A stretch of DNA of 64,000 bases from positions 14,914 through 78,913 of the forward strand of contig JBHHZD010000006.1 in assembly GCA_046757885.1 (NCBI GenBank). Direction: 5' to 3'. Of this stretch, positions 59,210 to 64,000 are shown piece after piece. This DNA comes from Gemmatimonadota bacterium. Lineage in GTDB: Bacteria > Gemmatimonadota > Gemmatimonadetes > Palauibacterales > Palauibacteraceae. Both the position numbers and the translations under genes were made by a program. The first letter of the stretch is position 1; each line of letters starts with the position of its first letter. The notes beneath the pieces were generated by a model. The model searched no databases and had not been told where the DNA came from. It was given only the letters and a program-made list of their open reading frames with translations.

Positions 59210-60216
59210 GCCGGGATCCAGCCCGCCCCGCGATACCACGCGGCCGTTCGGCGCAACCCGTCGGCCAACGATACGTCGGCCCTCCAGCCGAGCCCCCGCT
59301 CCGTGACCGAGACGTCGCACGTCCACTCGTGGCGCGCGAGGTCCGTCGCGCGACGGCGGTCGAACACGGGCCGTATCCCCCGGAGCCGGGCCGCGAGCTC
59401 CGCCACCGCGCCCGCCGATTCGAGGAGGCGCGGGGGCACGCGCAGCACCCGCACGCGTCGGCCGACCGCCGCCCCGAGCTCCCGCGCGACCTCGCTCCAG
59501 TCGTGCACCGACGTGCCCGCGATGTCCCACGGGCCGGGACCGGCGCTTCCCACTGCGCCGATCACGACCGCACGCCCGACGTCCTCGGCATACACGGGCT
59601 GGAGGCGCCCGGGCCCGGCCGGCGCGACCAGGAAGCCGCGGGCCGCCATCCGGAACAGCGGAAGCAGGTCCGCATCCCGCGGCCCGTAGACCCCCGTCGG
59701 CCGCAGGATCACCGGCTCGAACGCGCCGCCCGGCTCTCGCGCGATGCCGAGCAGCCGCTTCTCCGCCTCGCGCTTGCTGCGCCCATAGGCGCTCACCGGC
59801 GCATCTCCGCCAGCCACCGGGTCGACACCCGCCGGGAGGTCCCGGTGGTCGGGGCCCCGGGCGGCGAGACTGCTCACGAGAACGAAGCGCCGGACTCCCG
59901 CGGCCCGGGCCAACCGCGCCAGACGTTCCGTGCCCCCCACGTTCACGGCCTCGTACTCGGCCGGATCGCCGGCCCGCGTGAGACCTGCCGCGTGCACGAC
60001 GGCGCCGATTCCTTCCACGGCGGCGCGGAGCGACGCCTCGTCCGACAGGTCCGCCGGGACGCGCTGCACATCCAGATCCTCGATCCAGGCCAGACGGCTC
60101 GAGGGACGCACCGTGCATCGCACCGCGTGGCCCGCCGCCGCGAGGGCCCGGGTGATGTGGCTGCCTACGAACCCCGTCGCGCCCGTGACGAGCACGGGCT
60201 CAGACCGGACGGTCAT
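59206..60216 (-). CDS. NAD(P)-dependent epimerase/dehydratase-family SDR (candidate ceramide/3-ketosphinganine reductase)
   Basis: Rossmann VLVTGATGFVGSHI; catalytic YGRSK (Y-x3-K). Confidence 0.8.
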   Translation of the reverse strand: MTVRSEPVLVTGATGFVGSHITRALAAAGHAVRCTVRPSSRLAWIEDLDVQRVPADLSDEASLRAAVEGIGAVVHAAGLTRAGDPAEYEAVNVGGTERLARLARAAGVRRFVLVSSLAARGPDHRDLPAGVDPVAGGDAPVSAYGRSKREAEKRLLGIAREPGGAFEPVILRPTGVYGPRDADLLPLFRMAARGFLVAPAGPGRLQPVYAEDVGRAVVIGAVGSAGPGPWDIAGTSVHDWSEVARELGAAVGRRVRVLRVPPRLLESAGAVAELAARLRGIRPVFDRRRATDLARHEWTCDVSVTERGLGWRADVSLADGLRRTAAWYRGAGWIPA

Positions 60217-61339
60217 ACAGGCGGTAGCGCTTGTAGATCTCCGACCCGAGTCTCTCCAGTGGCTTCCGCATCGCGAGGTTGTCCTCGAGGACCCACGAGA
60301 ACTCGCCCTCGCTGATGCGTTTCGCGGCGCCGACCCGGAAGATCCGCAGATACATGAGATTGTCGATCCCCTTCCCCCGATACTCCGGCAACAGCCCCAG
60401 CGTGAGGACGCGCAGCCTGTGGATCCGGTCTCCGCGCGTGAGCCACAGGATCTTCAGCAGGCCGAAGGGGAAGAGGCGGCCGCGCGCCGCCTTGAGCGCG
60501 ATGTTGTAGTCCCGCAGGGAGAGGGAGAATCCGATCGGCACCCCCTCGGCGTTCTCGGCCATGACGACGAGCTCCGGGTCCTTTCGCACGGCCATCTTGA
60601 GCTCGTGGGCCATGAAGTCCAGCTCGGCGTCCGTCATGGGCACGAAGCCCCAGTTTTTCTCCCACGCGGAGTTGTAGATGCGCCGCACGTGCTCCAGCTC
60701 TTCCGTGAACCGGTCGAGGCGGAGGCCCCGCAAGCGGACCCCGAGACGCCGACTCAGTCGCTCCTCGGCCCGGATCAGGAAGTCGGGGATGTCGCTCTCC
60801 AGGAAATAGGCGACGAGCGTCTTCACGGGCTCGAAGCCGGCGCCCCGGAGGAGATCGACGTAATAGGGAGGGTTGTACGGCATCATGATGACGGGTGGGC
60901 GATCGAAGCCTTCCACCAGCAGACCGGCCTGCTCGTTGGTCGAGAAGCTCGTGGGTCCCCGGAGCGTCTCCAGCCCCCTCGGTCGGAGCCAGTCACGCAC
61001 CGCATCGAACAGCCGGCCGGCCACCGCGGAATCGTTCACCGACTCGAAGAGCCCGAAGAACCCGACTGGCTCCTCGTGGAACCGCACGTGGTTGCGGTTG
61101 TGGATCGCCACGATCCGCCCCACGGCACGGTCGTCGCGGAGGGCCAGAAACGGCTGTACATCGGAATGGAGGTGGAACGGGTGACGGGAGGGATCGAGCA
61201 TGTGCCGCTCGTCCGACATGAGGGGAGCAACCCAGTTCGGGTCCCCCGCATAGATCGAGTGCGGGAGCCGGAGGAAGGATCGGAGGAGGCGCCGTCCCTC
61301 GACGGGGACGACGCGGATCTCACCTGAGCCTGTCGTCAC
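60200..61339 (-). CDS. GNAT-fold N-acyltransferase (candidate bacterial ceramide synthase)
   Basis: Start at GTG 61339 (GTGA overlap with the SPT stop). C-terminal GNAT motif A LLPEYRGKGIDNLMY. About 380 aa with a duplicated acyltransferase-like fold. Confidence 0.6.
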   Translation of the reverse strand: MTTGSGEIRVVPVEGRRLLRSFLRLPHSIYAGDPNWVAPLMSDERHMLDPSRHPFHLHSDVQPFLALRDDRAVGRIVAIHNRNHVRFHEEPVGFFGLFESVNDSAVAGRLFDAVRDWLRPRGLETLRGPTSFSTNEQAGLLVEGFDRPPVIMMPYNPPYYVDLLRGAGFEPVKTLVAYFLESDIPDFLIRAEERLSRRLGVRLRGLRLDRFTEELEHVRRIYNSAWEKNWGFVPMTDAELDFMAHELKMAVRKDPELVVMAENAEGVPIGFSLSLRDYNIALKAARGRLFPFGLLKILWLTRGDRIHRLRVLTLGLLPEYRGKGIDNLMYLRIFRVGAAKRISEGEFSWVLEDNLAMRKPLERLGSEIYKRYRLYDRPV

Positions 61340-62517
61340 ACGACCGCGTGCTTCTTGGCGACCTTTTCGATGCACTCGAGCACGAAGTCCAGCTGATCGT
61401 CTGTATGCGTGGCCATGTAGCTCGTGCGCAGCCGACAGCTTCCTTCCGGAACCGCGGGGGGCACGACCGGATTCGTGAACACACCGGCCTCGAACAGCTC
61501 CCGCCACAGGAGGAACGTCTTCTCCATCGGCCCGATGAGAATGGGGACGATGGGCGTCTCCGTCGGCCCGATGTCGAATCCCATACCCTTCAGCGCCTCG
61601 TGCATCTTCTTCGTGTTCGTCCAGAGGCGCTCTCGCCGCTCGGGCTCACTCCGGATGATCTCGAGCGCCTTCAGCACCGTGGCCACGGCTGTCGGTGGCA
61701 TGCTGGCGCTGAAGATGAGGGCCCGGGCGTTGTTCTGCAGGTAGTCGATGACCTCCCGGCGCCCGGCCACGAAGCCGCCGATCGACGCCAGGGACTTGCT
61801 GAACGTTCCCGTGATGAGATCGACCTCCGCGGTCAGGCCGAAGTGCTCGGCCGTCCCGGCGCCCGTAGGCCCGAGCACGCCCAGGGAGTGCGCGTCATCC
61901 ACCATCAGTCCCGCGGCGTGCTTGCCCGCCAGCGACACGAGCCCTGGAAGGTCCGCGATGTCGCCTTCCATGCTGTAGACCCCATCCACCGCCACGAGCT
62001 TTCCGCGGTCGTCCTTGACCGATGCCAGCATGCGATCGAGCGTCTTCAGGTCCCCGTGCCGGAACCGTTGGATCTCGCCGAAGCCGAGCCGCGCCCCGTC
62101 CTGGATGCACGCGTGGTCGAGCTTGTCCAGAAAGACGGTGTCGTTGCGCCCGACGAGGGCGCCGATCGTGCCGAGGTTCGTCTGGTAGCCCGTGCTGAAG
62201 ACGAGCGCCGCTTCCTTGCCGACGAAGTCCGCGAGGTCCGCTTCGAGCCGGTCGTGGAGATCGAGGTTGCCGTTGAGGAACCGGCTCCCCGTGTTGCCGC
62301 TCCCGTACTTGTCGAGCGCCGCCCGCGCCGCCTCCAGGATCCTCGGATCGTGGGTGAGGCCCATGTAGTTGTTCGAGCCCACCATGATCTTCCGGTGGCC
62401 GCCGATGACCACCTCCGTATCGCACGACTGCTCGATGCGCTGGAAATACGGATACAGCCCCTTGGCCCGGAGGTCTCTCGCGGTCGTGAAGTTCTCGCAT
62501 TTGGCGAAAACGTGCAT
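61336..62517 (-). CDS. spt: serine palmitoyltransferase-like alpha-oxoamine synthase (PLP)
   Basis: Start at ATG 62517 (MHVFAKCENFTTARDLRAKGLYPYF) with AAGGAAAA upstream. GSGNTGSRFLNG, FSTGYQTNLG, IQRFRHGDLKTLDRML, VDGVYSMEGDIADL, DDAHSLGVLG, PLP-Lys TGTFSKSLASIGGF. Closer to the Sphingomonas-SPT pattern than to BioF/Kbl. Confidence 0.75.
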   Translation of the reverse strand: MHVFAKCENFTTARDLRAKGLYPYFQRIEQSCDTEVVIGGHRKIMVGSNNYMGLTHDPRILEAARAALDKYGSGNTGSRFLNGNLDLHDRLEADLADFVGKEAALVFSTGYQTNLGTIGALVGRNDTVFLDKLDHACIQDGARLGFGEIQRFRHGDLKTLDRMLASVKDDRGKLVAVDGVYSMEGDIADLPGLVSLAGKHAAGLMVDDAHSLGVLGPTGAGTAEHFGLTAEVDLITGTFSKSLASIGGFVAGRREVIDYLQNNARALIFSASMPPTAVATVLKALEIIRSEPERRERLWTNTKKMHEALKGMGFDIGPTETPIVPILIGPMEKTFLLWRELFEAGVFTNPVVPPAVPEGSCRLRTSYMATHTDDQLDFVLECIEKVAKKHAVV

Positions 62518-62712
62518 GGGCTGCGTTTTCCTTGCTGGTGGGCAGGAACCTTCGGGCAACGGCGGTTCAGCCGGAGAAGCTACCCGGGGCGAGAGGGGGG
62601 GGCAAGCAACGGCGCACGGCGTTGATGGCGCGATGAGGGTACGGTCGTAGCATCGCATCGGACGGTGCGGGTCGTGGACGGTGAACGCCTCTCGGTCGCG
62701 GCGAAATCATCG

Positions 62713-63135
62713 ATGAGCGAGCAGGAACAGGCCACCTGGGTGCAAGCCTCCCTCCGCGCGACGCTGGAAACGCTCGGGGGACTCGTGGAGCTCTCCTTGC
62801 GTGGCCACGCCCTGTCCCTCGCGCCGCTGATGCGAGACTACCTGGATCACGTCGAGCTGTGGGGAGAGCTGCTCGATGCCTCGGCCGCTTCGCCCGGGGG
62901 GCGGACTCAGCCGGGCCCGGTGGCGGGCACGCCCCTTCGTGCGATCGAGGCGGCCGCCTTCGCAGGGCGCCTGGCCGCGGCGATGGCCGGACGGATACGG
63001 GCCACGACCCCGGAACTGCGGCCCGAGGCGCGCCGCATCGCCTTCGCCTGTCTCGCGGACCTGGACAATCACCTGCACTGGGCCGCCGGTCGCCTGAGCG
63101 GATGGACCTGCGGCGAAGACGACGGTTGCCCGTGA
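62713..63135 (+). CDS. hypothetical protein (divergent from spt)
   Basis: ORF MSEQEQATWVQASLRATLETLGGLVELS... (start could also be 62665); no motif; 26 nt upstream of the M23 gene. Confidence 0.3.
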   Translation: MSEQEQATWVQASLRATLETLGGLVELSLRGHALSLAPLMRDYLDHVELWGELLDASAASPGGRTQPGPVAGTPLRAIEAAAFAGRLAAAMAGRIRATTPELRPEARRIAFACLADLDNHLHWAAGRLSGWTCGEDDGCP

Positions 63136-63160
63136 ATCGGCCGGCGCCCATCCTGCGCCC

Positions 63161-64000
63161 ATGGTGCAAGGCACTTCGTCGATACGGGCCCTGACCGTCC
63201 TCCTGGCCGCTCTCGTCGCGGCGTGCGCGACGGGCGGGAGCCCCGAGCCCCACGCCCCGCGGCCCGACCGGGCCGCCGACGATTCCGCGGTCGCGGCTCC
63301 GACGCCGGGAGCCGTCGTGCCGGGGCGGACGGCGTCCGAAGGCGCGGGTGCCCGGGAGGCCGGGCTCGGGCTGCCGGCTGCCTCCAGTGACGGTTCCGGG
63401 AGACGCCCCGCCTGGACGCCACCCCCCGTGCGACTCGGCGTGGAATGGAGCCCGGCCCGGCTCCTGGAAGGCACGGCGGCAGCGGTTCGGCTTCTGCTGC
63501 CAGCCGGCAGGACGGCGCCCACATCCGTGGAAGGTAGGGTCGACGGGCGGGTCGTGCCGTTCGGCGCCGTGGGCCGGGAGCGGGTCGGCTTCGTGCCGCT
63601 TCCTCTGGGGACGTCGGGACCGGACACGCTCCGTATCACCGTGACCTGGGGACCGGCGGAGGTGACCGAGCAGTCCATCGTCCTGGATGTGGCGGGTCGG
63701 GAGTTTCCCTCCACCACGCTGCGCGTCGCGCCGCGGTTCTCCTCGCCGCCGCCGGAGGCCGCCGCCCGCATCGAGGAGGAGCGGATCACGGTGAGGAACC
63801 TCCTTGCGCGCTCCACGCCCGACTGGCTCCCCCGCGGGGCTTTCCAGCCGCCGCGACCGTGGCGGGTCACGAGCCCGTTCGGACAGCGCCGCCTGTTCAA
63901 CGGTGAGCTCCGGAGCCGGCACACGGGCCTGGACCTGGCGGGCCGGGAAGGGGAAGCGGTGCGGGCAGCGGCGCGCGGACGGGTGGCCCTGACGGCCGAT
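63161..64000 (+). CDS. M23-family (LytM-like) peptidase lipoprotein, 3' end outside the window
   Basis: Open frame from ATG 63161 to the window end; not in the ORF track because no stop falls inside the window. Lipobox LLAALVAACA. M23 signature SPFGQRRLFNGELRSRHTGLDLAGREGEAVRAAARGRV (HxGxD). Confidence 0.7.
   Translation, partial: MVQGTSSIRALTVLLAALVAACATGGSPEPHAPRPDRAADDSAVAAPTPGAVVPGRTASEGAGAREAGLGLPAASSDGSGRRPAWTPPPVRLGVEWSPARLLEGTAAAVRLLLPAGRTAPTSVEGRVDGRVVPFGAVGRERVGFVPLPLGTSGPDTLRITVTWGPAEVTEQSIVLDVAGREFPSTTLRVAPRFSSPPPEAAARIEEERITVRNLLARSTPDWLPRGAFQPPRPWRVTSPFGQRRLFNGELRSRHTGLDLAGREGEAVRAAARGRVALTAD

Noticed and set aside
62567-63924. 451-aa and 405-aa minus-strand ORFs overlapping the M23 peptidase region
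   Set aside because: The plus-strand frame from 63161 has a lipobox and the M23 HxGxD signature; the minus-strand ORFs are Arg/Gly/Pro-rich noise.

Overview
This is a 64 kb window of very high-GC (about 70%) chromosomal DNA. It contains no rRNA, tRNA, CRISPR array or obvious mobile element. It is gene-dense, rich in lipoproteins, and organised as long same-strand blocks with ATGA/GTGA/TTGA start-stop overlaps; the content resembles a Gemmatimonadetes-like or other high-GC Gram-negative genome. The computed ORF track is dominated by spurious GC-driven ORFs, including antisense ORFs and N-terminal over-extensions. I kept only ORFs whose translations carry recognisable family motifs and re-assigned starts where an in-frame start couples to the upstream stop.

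Blocks in order:
- Minus strand, 1..15207: two-domain multicopper oxidase; queG-nth-M50 protease-flavin reductase-Big_2/LVIVD lipoprotein; NSS transporter-hydrolase-M14 carboxypeptidase-hypothetical-glyQS-glycerate kinase.
- Plus strand, 15309..26356: GDPD-dinB-HD-tryptophanase; M49-like peptidase; carB; a Cys-rich NPCAA tandem-repeat lipoprotein immediately upstream of a pentaheme c-type cytochrome.
- 26390..31694, minus strand: DUF2723 protein and an LpoB-like three-lipoprotein operon.
- 31926..39425, plus strand (with a minus-strand AbrB-like gene at 34193..34375): trpE coupled to ubiE; ABC-2 exporter; tungstate TupABC.
- 39427..40676, minus strand: tdk and two small hypothetical genes.
- 41045..48472: a c-di-GMP module of lower GC. 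It comprises a ferredoxin plus [FeFe]-hydrogenase-like sensor fused to GGDEF, an HD-GYP phosphodiesterase with a structured uORF-containing leader, and a 1,100-aa SARP/STAND regulator.
- 48627..55673: GDH-family dehydrogenase, M1 peptidase and a LuxC/LuxE pair.
- 55781..62517, one contiguous minus-strand run: serine palmitoyltransferase, GNAT N-acyltransferase, SDR reductase, PAP2 transferase, ECF sigma factor, zinc anti-sigma factor and a PDZ protein.

Most interesting:
- The minus-strand run (55781..62517) fuses a candidate bacterial ceramide/sphingolipid pathway to an ECF sigma/anti-sigma/PDZ module.
- The NPCAA-repeat lipoprotein plus pentaheme cytochrome pair.
- The hydrogenase-like GGDEF sensor.
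- The HD-GYP leader, whose long-range stem sequesters the HD-GYP RBS around a 16-codon uORF.
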